Assembly: GCA_013239625.1 (NCBI GenBank)
Contig: MU053136.1
Span: forward strand, 700,017-764,016
DNA from: Lama guanicoe
Lineage: Eukaryota
Length of the DNA stretch: 64,000 nucleotides
Direction: 5' to 3'
Below, in pieces: positions 62,876 to 64,000 of this stretch (positions within the stretch are counted from its first letter, which is position 1; each line of letters opens with the position of its first letter). Under the pieces are notes generated by a model, which ran no database searches, had not been told where the DNA came from, and saw nothing but the letters and a program-made list of their open reading frames with translations. A program made the position numbers and the translations under genes.

Positions 62876-64000
62876 TTTAAATTAAAAAACCAGAACCACT
62901 CCTTAACAATAAATAATAAAATTAATTAAAAATAAAAGAGATTTCTCAACACCAACAAAGATTAAGAAATTATAAAATTTATTAATTTAGTTAATCAAAG
63001 AGTCTAAAATTAAAATAGCAAATACTCTGAGCAATAAAGATAAAAGAAAGCAAAATTAAAAGGGAATTAAAATGGTAAAAAGTACTTTTTAAATCAAAGG
63101 GAAAATAAAATACTAAAGATTACATATATAGAAGTTAAAGCTTAGCATGTTGATCATAATTATAATAAATAAAAAGATAAACATAAGATTATTGAATTCA
63201 GAGAACAAAAACATTGTTAAATAGAAAAAAACAGTTAAAATGAAGAAATGATTAATAATAAGGAAATTTCTGCTGGTTAGACATAAAATATACAATACGA
63301 TCAGAAATACAAAAATTAAGTAGGCAAAATATGTTTAAACAATGCAGAAACAGGTGAACAATTTTAGAGTTTAAGAAATTAAAGATGTAAAACTTAACTG
63401 AATTAAAAGAGATAGCAGCTTATGTGCTTAAGGTTAACACCTTGTTTCAGGGCAAACAGAGTTTCTGGATAAAGCCAGCCTCCTTAGTTGGGACTGAGCA
63501 AAGAAATCTTGACATTCATCTTCCTCTAAATGGCAGCTCACAGTGCCTGTATCTCAAAGATTGTAAAATACCTGTGGGAGAGGGATGAGTGTTCACTGCC
63601 AAAAGGCTTTGTCAGAGAGGTTACATACAGAGCTGAGCTTCTGAGAGCAGCCCATACATGCTATCTACCAGGCTGTAATTGACACGTGAGGCTCCAGATT
63701 GGCTAGGAGGCTAGCTGGCAAAAATATCTCTGCTCTTTATAACCTCTGGAAATAAAGTCAAAGGTTGCTTAGATAGTATAATCAGTTACAGAAGTAATAT
63801 GATGATGATTTTTAAATATTTGATGTTGACATGGAATAACATGTGGTTTAGAAAAGACTATTTTATACTCATGTTACAGGAGAAATGAGGTCAAAGTCCA
63901 CTATAGAAATTACATAACTGAACAGAGAGTCAACAACCAGAAAAATGGAGGGTAGTTAAAAAAAAAATCTCTCAAATAGATAGAGACCTAAGATCTATCA

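Overview
Mammalian genomic DNA, probably camelid. The basis is a tRNA-derived SINE resembling camelid Vic-1 and the L1 3' ends; the species call is inference. Gene order matches the ZBTB39-GPR182-RDH16-SDR9C7 block I recall from human 12q13.3. Four intact genes can be built with canonical splice sites: ZBTB39 (+, 711 aa, one coding exon), GPR182 (-, about 403 aa), an RDH16-like SDR (+, 4 exons, 317 aa) and SDR9C7 (+, 4 exons, 313 aa). Also present are two RDH-like pseudogene relics, many L1/LTR/MIR/L2 insertions (several with visible target-site duplications, TSDs) and an orphan CpG-island promoter near 60 kb. The most interesting observations are five. (1) An L1 lacks almost all of ORF2, with a junction that looks like an RNA splice (SpIRE/half-L1-like), and a second copy is truncated at the same point. 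(2) A spliced, strong-Kozak 22-codon uORF ends one base before the ZBTB39 ATG. (3) GPR182 has Ser at TM3 position 3.35, where chemokine-type receptors have Asn. (4) An apparent gene-conversion tract links RDH16 exon 1 and its decayed neighbour. (5) A TSD-flanked 1.2-kb insert looks like a retrocopied 3' UTR. No prokaryotic-type system (CRISPR etc.) is present. Repeat family names come from visual recognition, not database searches.
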